Virus record (IMG/VR): IMGVR_UViG_3300034105_001128
Coordinates: 1-64,000 of that record
Strand: one strand, 5' to 3'
DNA: 64,000 nucleotides
Source of the DNA: a virus
Below the pieces are notes generated by a model. It was given only the letters and a program-made list of their open reading frames with translations, was not told the origin of the DNA and searched no databases. Both the position numbers and the translations under genes were made by a program. This document shows, in pieces, positions 36,611 to 44,828 of the stretch. Positions within the stretch are counted from its first letter, which is position 1; each line of letters opens with the position of its first letter.

Positions 36611-37039
36611 TTATTTTATGTAGAACGCGTATGAAACTTTCTTAGTAAACATAGCATCAATATCTTCTTCTGCTAAAAGACCTTCGTATAGGCAAGCCAT
36701 TACTTCTGCTTCATCTAGCATAGGGATCATCTTATAGCAACGCTCTGACAAACCTTTTTCACTAAGAATAGTGTTTGCTGAGTCTTCGTTAAGTGATTGA
36801 GATACTTTGCGCTGACGTTGTAGAGATGTAACCCCATCTACCTCAAAAGGTAGTGTAAGCCAAATATGGCCTTTTTCGTCTGGCTCACCCTCTTCGTCAA
36901 CAATGTCTGAAAGCTCGGCCTGAATTGATGACCGCTCTTTATCCATATCGGCAATGCGACGCTTTAATGCTACAAAGCTCGCAACCTTATTCATAAAGGT
37001 GTTGTTCTGTGGATCTTCTTTTTCTATAACTTTAGGCAT
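36611..37039 (-). CDS. hypothetical protein
   Basis: SD GGAGG; N-terminal coiled coil. Confidence 0.7.
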   Translation of the reverse strand: MPKVIEKEDPQNNTFMNKVASFVALKRRIADMDKERSSIQAELSDIVDEEGEPDEKGHIWLTLPFEVDGVTSLQRQRKVSQSLNEDSANTILSEKGLSERCYKMIPMLDEAEVMACLYEGLLAEEDIDAMFTKKVSYAFYIK

Positions 37040-37071
37040 ATGTTTTTCCCTCCGTTATATATTTTAGCCGA

Positions 37072-37230
37072 TTATTCGACAGAACGCAAATCGTTAATAT
37101 ACGCCTCTAAGGCCTTAATAATGACATCTGTGACGGTACGACCCTCAGAGAAAGCTTTGGCTTTAACGGCCTCCCAGAGGTCGCTAGAGACACGTATGGT
37201 ACGTGTAGGGGTCTTAGGTGCATTAGGCAT
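37072..37230 (-). CDS. 52-aa ribbon-helix-helix DNA-binding protein (not in ORF track)
   Basis: MPNAPKTPTRTIRVSSDLWEAVKAKAFSEGRTVTDVIIKALEAYI. Confidence 0.8.
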   Translation of the reverse strand: MPNAPKTPTRTIRVSSDLWEAVKAKAFSEGRTVTDVIIKALEAYINDLRSVE

Positions 37231-37239
37231 AGAAATATT

Positions 37240-38823
37240 CTATACCGAAATCTCTTCTAAAAATGCCCTAAGTGTCCCAACAGTCAAGTTAACGCCACCC
37301 TCTGTATTTATGCCTTCACCATCAATTATTGCATTAGCTACGGCCATCTTCTGCACCAGCATTGCGTGCTGACGCTCTTCGATAGACCCCTGCATTAAGA
37401 AGTCTTGAATAACAATTGAAGGCCAAGTACTAGAGGCCCTTCGTATACGCCCATTACGTTGTAGCGCCAAACCTGCGTTCCACGGAAGGTCGTAATTAAT
37501 AAGTAGGTTAGCCTGAGGGAGATCCACGCCATAGCCACCGGCGTCAGAACTAATAAGTATACGGCAACTTGGGTCAGTTTGGAAAGTGACTTTAGCAATC
37601 TCTTTAGCTTTAGCATCTAGTTCTCCAGTATAAATTTGTGGTGAATACTTTTCAAGACTTTTTTCAAGTAGCCTAACCATGTGAACATAGCTAGTGAAAA
37701 TAACAATTTTGTTTCCTTCATAACTATCTAAAAACTCAGAAACATATTTCTCAAGGGCTGTTGCTTTAGGATGCGCTTTAAGAGGAGCAAGCTTACCGCC
37801 TTCATCTAAATCATTTATATATTTAGACCCGGCGTCGTTGTCTTTACGGTATTTGCCTGCAGAGTTAGACAGTAGGGCGGGAGCATCGCAAAGCATTCTT
37901 AATGCCGTTAACTTAGACATAATCTTGCCCTTCATAGCATTTGCGGCATCGTTTTGGTTTTCTCCAGAGTAGTGGGAAAACAAATCAAATGAGCTACCAA
38001 AATCATCTATAGCATTATCTAAATCGTCTAGTATCTCTCTAACAATCTGTCTATACAGAACTGCTCCTGCACGGTCAAACTCCACCAAGATAGGCTCTGC
38101 AAAAATTGTATCCGGTAAGTAGGGTGCAACATCTGGATCTTGTTGACGTTTGCGTACAGACGCGGTTGCTAAAGTCTTAGCTAATGTAGAAAGATTTCTA
38201 TATTTTTCTACTCCACCAAAGTGATTACGCACAATAAAAGTCTTATCAAATAAATCAAATCTTCCTAATACTTTAGGATCGATAAACTGCATAATGCTGT
38301 ACAGTTCTTCAGGCTTACCGTTTTCAATAGGTGTGCCTGTCAGAGCAAACTTAACTGGGCTAGTAAGTTTCTTTACTTGCTTTGATCGTTTTGATCTGAA
38401 GCTTTTGATAGCTGTCGCTTCGTCGCACACCACGAATCCTCGTGCAAGGTGCTGGACATAGTCCCAGTCGTTAACCACCTGCTCATAGTTGAGAATGACA
38501 TAATCAGTGAGCGAATGCCCCCAGTCGGCCGCCTCAGTGTACTGGAGCGCTCTTTGTTTTGGCGTTCCATCAATGACCACAACGTTTGCAGCGTCATCTG
38601 TAAATTTCCTAATCTGTTCTGCCCACTGATACTTCAATGAGGATAGGCAAACAATAATACCAGGTTCAGTTATCTTTCCAAGGTCTTTAAGCTCTTCAAG
38701 TGCAGCAATAGTCAGGACAGTTTTACCCAAGCCAAGGTCGTAGGCCACAAGCATCTTCTTGCGGTCTACCATAGCCTCTACAGCCTCTACCTGGTAGGGA
38801 AGAAGGGTCCCGGTGAAGGTCAT
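37240..38823 (-). CDS. SNF2-family helicase
   Basis: DLGLGKT, DEAT, LTGTPIEN, GGYGVDL, QRNGRIRR. Confidence 0.9.
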   Translation of the reverse strand: MTFTGTLLPYQVEAVEAMVDRKKMLVAYDLGLGKTVLTIAALEELKDLGKITEPGIIVCLSSLKYQWAEQIRKFTDDAANVVVIDGTPKQRALQYTEAADWGHSLTDYVILNYEQVVNDWDYVQHLARGFVVCDEATAIKSFRSKRSKQVKKLTSPVKFALTGTPIENGKPEELYSIMQFIDPKVLGRFDLFDKTFIVRNHFGGVEKYRNLSTLAKTLATASVRKRQQDPDVAPYLPDTIFAEPILVEFDRAGAVLYRQIVREILDDLDNAIDDFGSSFDLFSHYSGENQNDAANAMKGKIMSKLTALRMLCDAPALLSNSAGKYRKDNDAGSKYINDLDEGGKLAPLKAHPKATALEKYVSEFLDSYEGNKIVIFTSYVHMVRLLEKSLEKYSPQIYTGELDAKAKEIAKVTFQTDPSCRILISSDAGGYGVDLPQANLLINYDLPWNAGLALQRNGRIRRASSTWPSIVIQDFLMQGSIEERQHAMLVQKMAVANAIIDGEGINTEGGVNLTVGTLRAFLEEISV

Positions 38824-39032
38824 GCGTCACGTCTCCAACGTAAAAATGATTTGATGTAGACGACTGTGTATGCAACAGCTGCAAATATAAATCCGTATTG
38901 ATCAGTGGTCACTGCGTAGATAATCCACAAGCATTCGTTGAATATGAGCCATAACCATGCCCATTTCTTTTTACGACCTACAAAGTAGATACCTGTAACG
39001 CCAATTGTTGCCAATACATATGACCACATCAT
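38820..39032 (-). CDS. PnuC-like small membrane protein
   Basis: three short TMs, WAWL..NECLWIIYA..QYGF. Confidence 0.6.
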   Translation of the reverse strand: MMWSYVLATIGVTGIYFVGRKKKWAWLWLIFNECLWIIYAVTTDQYGFIFAAVAYTVVYIKSFLRWRRDA

Positions 39033-39565
39033 ACTAATCCGTTCATTCTTGTCTTAATCATTAACTCTAAATTTTCTAAAGTACCATTGTTAGCAAAGAT
39101 CTGATCTACTTGGTAACCATCCATATCACGCTCTGATACGTGACCATTTACTGCACCAACTCCCATACGCTTTATGCGCCACAGCTGTGCTTCTGGAAAT
39201 GACTTTAGATAATCAGCTTCGTTTGTAAAACGAACATCTGTTACTACTACCTTGTCCCATGGTTTGTGAGGTCCCAAAGCCTGCTTAACCCAAAAGCCTT
39301 CGCCAAATACCTTGCGAGCACCAACCCCAAGATCTTGCAGTAAGCGCCGTACTTCCGGGAACGCTGTCTTTGCAACGTCCCAACCATATGCATCAATAAC
39401 GCCCTGAAGTCTATAATCACCATCTTTAACTGCAGGGTTCATTTCATAAAGAAGTTTGCGAATAGGGTCTGCAAATGCTACGCGTTCAAACCCGTAGTGA
39501 TCTACAAGAACCTTAGCTACGGTGTCTTTGCCTGACTGTGCGTACCCTGTTAGTCCAATAATCAT
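39029..39565 (-). CDS. deoxynucleoside monophosphate kinase
   Basis: IIGLTGYAQSGKDT, FADPI, TDVRFTNE, HVSE. Confidence 0.88.
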   Translation of the reverse strand: MIIGLTGYAQSGKDTVAKVLVDHYGFERVAFADPIRKLLYEMNPAVKDGDYRLQGVIDAYGWDVAKTAFPEVRRLLQDLGVGARKVFGEGFWVKQALGPHKPWDKVVVTDVRFTNEADYLKSFPEAQLWRIKRMGVGAVNGHVSERDMDGYQVDQIFANNGTLENLELMIKTRMNGLV

Positions 39566-40533
39566 GCGTATGCCGCCTCCCCAAACACTGAATGTTTTGC
39601 CTTCTCTATACCTATTATAACCTGTTCTTCAGTCATATCGCCAATGTCTTTTACATCCCCGTCATACTTAAAGAAGAAGCACTCCAACCCCTCTTTCTTA
39701 GTACGCTCAAGCATGTCCTTGGATGCTTTCTTGCCGGCTGGGTCAATCTTTGGGTTATCAAAGGCAATGATCAACTTATCTGCACGCCGCATAAGATCAA
39801 CCTGATCTTGACTGATAGCTGCACCAAAAGTTGAGACGCCTCCCTCTATTCCCAAAGATGAGAGTCTTATAACGTCCAAAGGAGACTCCACTATGATCAT
39901 AGTTCCACCAGACCAAACATCTAACCCAAACAAAGTTTTAGACTTTTGCACTCCGGTAGGTCTGTTACGAAAGTAACGATTAACTTGTCCCTTTTCCTGC
40001 CACCCCATAAGCTTGTTTGTATCAGGTTGACGAATAGGTGTGATCCAGCCCTGCTGTTTTGCATCCCACTTAACAGAGTGCTTGATGCAAGCCTCTGCCG
40101 TTAGACCCCTAGCAGATAAAGCCCAATCTGGTGGTAGGCTGTCGAAAATCGACAGACGTGCCTCACTCATCTCTACAGGTCTTTCAATGGGGACATAAGA
40201 GTTCTTGGCTTCTTCTAGTTGCTTTGCCAATAACTCAAAGTTAACCTCAATATTTTGACGCAGCCATGATTTAGCTGCGTCAAAATCAAGGCGTCCCCAT
40301 TCGGTAAGGAACTCATTAATCTCTGCAACAAGAGTAATAAGAGTTCCGCGGTATCCACAAGAGAAGCAGTGGTGTACACCGGTTTCGCAGTTCATTGACC
40401 ATGAGGGGTTAGAGTCTGGTCGCCCAGTTCTTTCTAAGTGCATAGGGCATAGACCAAGCAACTCACTGTTGCGTTGGTTGACCTCTATGCCTAGCCTTAG
40501 TAAAGCAATCTCTACATCGCCCTCACGGTACAT
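39562..40533 (-). CDS. DnaG-like primase
   Basis: CHC2 finger CPMH...CFSC; TOPRIM VES..D, AFDN, KDIGD. Confidence 0.88.
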   Translation of the reverse strand: MYREGDVEIALLRLGIEVNQRNSELLGLCPMHLERTGRPDSNPSWSMNCETGVHHCFSCGYRGTLITLVAEINEFLTEWGRLDFDAAKSWLRQNIEVNFELLAKQLEEAKNSYVPIERPVEMSEARLSIFDSLPPDWALSARGLTAEACIKHSVKWDAKQQGWITPIRQPDTNKLMGWQEKGQVNRYFRNRPTGVQKSKTLFGLDVWSGGTMIIVESPLDVIRLSSLGIEGGVSTFGAAISQDQVDLMRRADKLIIAFDNPKIDPAGKKASKDMLERTKKEGLECFFFKYDGDVKDIGDMTEEQVIIGIEKAKHSVFGEAAYA

Positions 40534-40534
40534 A

Positions 40535-40741
40535 CTATTCCTCTTCTACAGGTCGATCATCCATCATTACATAATCCTCTGGCATATCTACCAAAGTAGG
40601 TGCTGTAGCCATAGAACCACAGTCTGCACATTCCATATCTAGGAAGTACATAGAGATTTCATAATCTTGGAACATGCACTTTACATTCCATACTTGTGAT
40701 CCACAAGCACAAATGTGTGTAGGCTCACCGCGAAGATCCAT
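40535..40741 (-). CDS. small zinc-ribbon protein
   Basis: HICACGS...CADCGS. Confidence 0.65.
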   Translation of the reverse strand: MDLRGEPTHICACGSQVWNVKCMFQDYEISMYFLDMECADCGSMATAPTLVDMPEDYVMMDDRPVEEE

Positions 40742-40761
40742 AGCGTTTTTGTAATCTGGTT

Positions 40762-41019
40762 TTAATTCTGTGATGTGTTTAATTTTCTTAACCTCTTCCG
40801 ATCATGTGGGGTTGTTCCCGCCCAAATCCCATCTAGGTTTGGGTATTGCATTGCGTACTTAAGGCAAGAGTCCTTAATCCAACAGTCTTCGCATACTTTT
40901 CTAGCCTCATCAATTATGAGCGGATCTTTATAATCCGGTGGAAAGAATAAGTCTGGATCCGCATCTAGACAAAGTTGGGTTCCGTTAAAAGGATTGAATT
41001 GGCTGGCCAAAAGATCCAT
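40762..41019 (-). CDS. whiB: WhiB-family transcription factor
   Basis: QLC..DPDLFFP..CEDC-x5-C..GIWAGTTPHDR; start uncertain. Confidence 0.88.
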   Translation of the reverse strand: MDLLASQFNPFNGTQLCLDADPDLFFPPDYKDPLIIDEARKVCEDCWIKDSCLKYAMQYPNLDGIWAGTTPHDRKRLRKLNTSQN

Positions 41020-42229
41020 ATTCTTCAAAACGTCCTCCTTCCCAATCCCAAAGCAAATCGCTTGTTGCTGGACCGCAGTTACGGCTAGCAACAATACGAA
41101 GTTCACGGGAGGAGTCGTCTTCTTCATCTTGCTTCTGCAATCCAAGAATCACATCTGAGTCCTGAAAGAAAGAGGAAGAATAACCGATAGAGTCAGCAGA
41201 CACTTGGCGCTTCTTCATCTTCCACAATAGGACCTGAGTTGAGATGACGATTGGAATATTTTGTTTTTGCGCTAAGCGCTTTAGGTTACGAGTAATGCTA
41301 GTCAATGCCTGTGGAGTATTTGACTCCCCACTTGCCTCATCAACCATAAGGTACACGCCGTCTACAAAGACAATGTCCGGCTTGATCTTTTCAATCTTTG
41401 CAGCAAGACCGGTAACTGTCATAGCTGAACTTGAGTCGGTAAGATAGAACTTGTGCATATCTTGCATTCGCTCTAGCGTTTCTTTGTAACGGCGTTCTTC
41501 ATCGGGATGTAACTTTCCACGAATAAGCCGTGAGTGTGCAATCTTAGAGCGCATAGCATCGTGACGATGTTGCTGCTCAATGTTGCTCATCTCAAATGAC
41601 TGGAACATCGGTACGTACCCATCTTCGTGCACGTTAACTGCAACCTGCATAGCAAGTACTGACTTACCTGTCTTAGGAGGGGCAATGATAGTAATAAGCT
41701 GTCCTGGCTGTAGTCCAGCCGTTGCCTCGTCAATAGTGCGGAACCCTGTACGGTAACCAAGCAGGCCACCGTCTCTGGTCTTTATGGACATGTACTCTTC
41801 AAAACGATTGTTAGTATCTTTTGTAAGATCAACGTCGCTGGTTTGTCCGGCACCCTCGTCGTAGATAGTTGCTACGCCATGGCTCATCTCAGCAATAGCG
41901 GCATCGTGATTGCCGGAAGCAATAAACTCCGCAGCGCTTTGTACAACCTCAATTGCTTTTTGACGTCTACGGTATTCAACTAACTGGTCAACTAAATACT
42001 CTAGCGAGTCCTCTACCGCCAACAACCTGTATGTAGGAAAGTTATCCTTAACCGTTACTGCGCTAGGTACCTCTTGATACTTTGTCCAGTGAGTACGAAT
42101 AAACTTCCAAAGGGTACGGTTCTCTTCAACAAAGAACCAGTTATCTTCTACACCAGCTTCTAGGGCAGGGACAAGCTCACGAGTACGAACTACCCGAGAT
42201 ATGAGACGCTCTTCGTTATCTGCTGCCAT
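40985..42229 (-). CDS. dnaB: DnaB-like replicative helicase
   Basis: TGF..ID..T.GL, APPKTGKS, SFEMS, FVDG, QDSD, SRN. Confidence 0.9.
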   Translation of the reverse strand: MAADNEERLISRVVRTRELVPALEAGVEDNWFFVEENRTLWKFIRTHWTKYQEVPSAVTVKDNFPTYRLLAVEDSLEYLVDQLVEYRRRQKAIEVVQSAAEFIASGNHDAAIAEMSHGVATIYDEGAGQTSDVDLTKDTNNRFEEYMSIKTRDGGLLGYRTGFRTIDEATAGLQPGQLITIIAPPKTGKSVLAMQVAVNVHEDGYVPMFQSFEMSNIEQQHRHDAMRSKIAHSRLIRGKLHPDEERRYKETLERMQDMHKFYLTDSSSAMTVTGLAAKIEKIKPDIVFVDGVYLMVDEASGESNTPQALTSITRNLKRLAQKQNIPIVISTQVLLWKMKKRQVSADSIGYSSSFFQDSDVILGLQKQDEEDDSSRELRIVASRNCGPATSDLLWDWEGGRFEEYGSFGQPIQSF

Positions 42230-42635
42230 TTATTAATGCCCCTAAATCTAAATACCAATGTCCATAACGTAACCCACGCTCTGGTATATCAATAACGTTC
42301 TTTACTTCTGGACGATACGGTAACTCCGCAACAAGATCTGCAACTACGTTATATGCCCTTGCATAATTAAATGGGTTGGTACCTAGATTATCTAGATCTT
42401 CCAACACGCCATCCATCTCTTCTTGAGAATACTCGAACCCTACTAATTCTAGTCTGAAACTGTACTTTTCAGCAAATCGCCAAAATTGGGATAGAGCTTG
42501 CCGATTGTACGTAACTTCTTCCGAAGCGACCGGTATACCAAGTACCTTAGTAATCTTGGGCCTGCGATCCAAAATACAGTCAAGAGTAACCAGCACACGA
42601 AAAGGAATTTCATTTGATATATCGCCCCCGCGCAT
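42216..42635 (-). CDS. hypothetical protein, possible degenerate HAD fold
   Basis: VLVTLDCIL N-terminal strand; C-terminal VID. Confidence 0.5.
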   Translation of the reverse strand: MRGGDISNEIPFRVLVTLDCILDRRPKITKVLGIPVASEEVTYNRQALSQFWRFAEKYSFRLELVGFEYSQEEMDGVLEDLDNLGTNPFNYARAYNVVADLVAELPYRPEVKNVIDIPERGLRYGHWYLDLGALINGSR

Positions 42636-42637
42636 CT

Positions 42638-42937
42638 CTAAACGATCTCTATTTTTCCGTATTTAACTAGGAAGGGCCTAAATAGTTTAGGATCTAAACT
42701 AGCTAAGCTGGCTTCTTGTTCTGAAGCCTTCTTTGAAACCTCGACTGGATAGATACCGTTGTTTTCGTTTCTACGAATACTAACAAAACGAGTATGCTTA
42801 CAGATATTACGTTCTCTAAATGCAGCACAGTCACAACGAAGTTTTGCGTTGTCTAGATTTGTGGCAACTTCGTGCACACCAGTTTCAGAAAGAAAAAGTT
42901 GCGTTGCTTGCCATTCGCTCATTGTGTCCTCTTTCAT
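42638..42937 (-). CDS. SWIM zinc-finger protein
   Basis: CDC...CKH. Confidence 0.7.
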   Translation of the reverse strand: MKEDTMSEWQATQLFLSETGVHEVATNLDNAKLRCDCAAFRERNICKHTRFVSIRRNENNGIYPVEVSKKASEQEASLASLDPKLFRPFLVKYGKIEIV

Positions 42938-43611
42938 TTTCGTCTATCCCCTTTCAAAGCTTTTACTTTAACAGGAACAAATGCCTCAAGAGCAAAGCTT
43001 CCCATAGGTTCTCCATAAACTCCGCCCCAATTCTCTAACTCAACGTTTGTAGTTACGATAGTTGGTAGGCCTGCGTTAAATCTTGAACGAAGTAAGGCGT
43101 CAAATGTATTCTCCGCCCAACCAGAAGTTGTTCGGTACTCTTTGCCAAGATCATCCAAAACAAACACTCTTACGTTATTCATTCTATCCGAGTCACCGTA
43201 TATGCTGTCAAGTAGCAACTGATCAGCTTCGTTTTCCTCAGACCATAGCGATTTCTGTAAGCGCAAAAGCTTTGGATAGTCCATAAATGCCCCAATTCGA
43301 TTTGGGAGCGTTCCTGGGGTACCCAAGACTTCTCCTGGAATACCTCTAATAAGGCTCTGGAGGGCCGTAGAGGCGAGAGTAGTCTTTCCGTGACCTGGAT
43401 TACCCACCAGCATGATCCCGAGTCCGCAAAATGGATCCCCTGCCTTTTGGATGATCTCACCATTGACCACTCGTTCAACCCACTGACGAACTTTTTCAAC
43501 TGCTGGGCTTTGCTCAAGATCTGAGAACTCCCACCCTATGGTTTTCATTGGGAGACCGGCCTGTAGGATTTGCCTGCGCACACTTGGCGCCAATGCAGAT
43601 AAATCGTACAT
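42934..43611 (-). CDS. DnaC/IstB-like helicase loader ATPase
   Basis: GNPGHGKT, VLDDLGKE, RSR..PTIVTTN. Confidence 0.85.
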   Translation of the reverse strand: MYDLSALAPSVRRQILQAGLPMKTIGWEFSDLEQSPAVEKVRQWVERVVNGEIIQKAGDPFCGLGIMLVGNPGHGKTTLASTALQSLIRGIPGEVLGTPGTLPNRIGAFMDYPKLLRLQKSLWSEENEADQLLLDSIYGDSDRMNNVRVFVLDDLGKEYRTTSGWAENTFDALLRSRFNAGLPTIVTTNVELENWGGVYGEPMGSFALEAFVPVKVKALKGDRRK

Positions 43612-44520
43612 TTATTCTCCTCCGAGTAGTCTCAACATCTTTTCTTCGTGTGCCGCATAATCAACTGCTACTTCATCTGACACTGGTCTAGTTACAATTC
43701 CGTGAACTGTTGGGTAGTAGCCAAAGAATCGTTGCCACAACGGCTTTCCAATCCCTGCGTCATGTAAAGACCTAGGATCACCGAAGAACATTCTCATAGC
43801 CTTTAGAATTGCTACACGCTCTGTGCCTTCTGCAACCTGCTTGTTAACCCAAGTCGCTACGTACTTGCCGTTAACTTGAGAGGGCACACCTGGGGCTGCC
43901 TTTTGAACTAAGTCGTAGAACTCTGCGACAAGGTCATTGGTTGACCACAGTTCTTCTGGAGTATTGACCCTATCTCGACTGTCATGTTGGGCTTTAACTG
44001 GTTTCTTGTACTTGGCGTTAAGTCGAGCCTGACGATCATCGATCTTTCCAACAGTGCCGACTGATTCTTCTTCCGGAGCAATTCCAAAGCGCTTGCGCTT
44101 AGGTTTTTCTTCTCCATCAAGATTCCATGCCATCTTCTCCTCCTCAAGGGGCGCAGCCCCTATAGATAATAATCCGTTAGGATTATTATCTATATTAGTA
44201 CTAGTGATATAACTACTAGCTGTATAGCTGTCTATGTATAGAACGCCTGATATTCCGTCGTCGGTAGAAAGCATCTTAATTGCCTCATCCGTGAATTTTA
44301 GATTAGTTCTCCACTGGCCGTTTACATTTACCCGGACAGATTTAATGTAGCGCAAATCCTTCAATTCGGACATTGCACTTCGAATAGCGTCCCGACCTTC
44401 AGGGACTTCTTTATTTTCCCAGAGTTCATCCGCCGATATGACTCGGCCCTTTGTGACATAGTAGTAGAACAGGGATCTAGCCCTGAGAGATAGCTTTGGG
44501 TTTATAATAGGTTTTAACAT
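43612..44520 (-). CDS. replication initiator (N-terminal wHTH)
   Basis: NPKLSLRAR..EGRDAIRSAMSELK..YI pattern; directly upstream of the loader. Confidence 0.7.
   Translation of the reverse strand: MLKPIINPKLSLRARSLFYYYVTKGRVISADELWENKEVPEGRDAIRSAMSELKDLRYIKSVRVNVNGQWRTNLKFTDEAIKMLSTDDGISGVLYIDSYTASSYITSTNIDNNPNGLLSIGAAPLEEEKMAWNLDGEEKPKRKRFGIAPEEESVGTVGKIDDRQARLNAKYKKPVKAQHDSRDRVNTPEELWSTNDLVAEFYDLVQKAAPGVPSQVNGKYVATWVNKQVAEGTERVAILKAMRMFFGDPRSLHDAGIGKPLWQRFFGYYPTVHGIVTRPVSDEVAVDYAAHEEKMLRLLGGE
44148..44245. other. candidate replication origin inside initiator gene
   Basis: perfect 15-bp AT-rich IR 44161-44194 plus short palindromes. Confidence 0.45.
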
Positions 44521-44542
44521 GTAACCCTCCTTATAAACTATT

Positions 44543-44827
44543 CTATAGCTTAGCCACCTTGTTTGGCAAACCGCGACGTTCTCTAAGCGTAGGCCCACTA
44601 AAAATTTGCTCTACTAAAAGAGAAAGGGTTAACCCAATAAAAGCAGTTGCTAAAGAATAGACAACAAGATACGATAACTTCGTATCAAGATTGTAACAGG
44701 CAAGGATTGAAATAGCAAATGCCACTAAACCACGCCATTTACCAATAGGCTTATAAAGCCCCTCAACAGCAGTTAAAATACAAGCTGTCGCTAATCCCGA
44801 AATAATAACTATGCCCATAGATATCAT
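44543..44827 (-). CDS. membrane protein (3 TM)
   Basis: hydrophobic segments. Confidence 0.65.
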   Translation of the reverse strand: MISMGIVIISGLATACILTAVEGLYKPIGKWRGLVAFAISILACYNLDTKLSYLVVYSLATAFIGLTLSLLVEQIFSGPTLRERRGLPNKVAKL

Positions 44828-44828
44828 T

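Noticed and set aside
37040-37372. + strand 110-aa ORF
   Set aside because: Antisense to a convincing RHH gene (37072-37230) and the helicase end.
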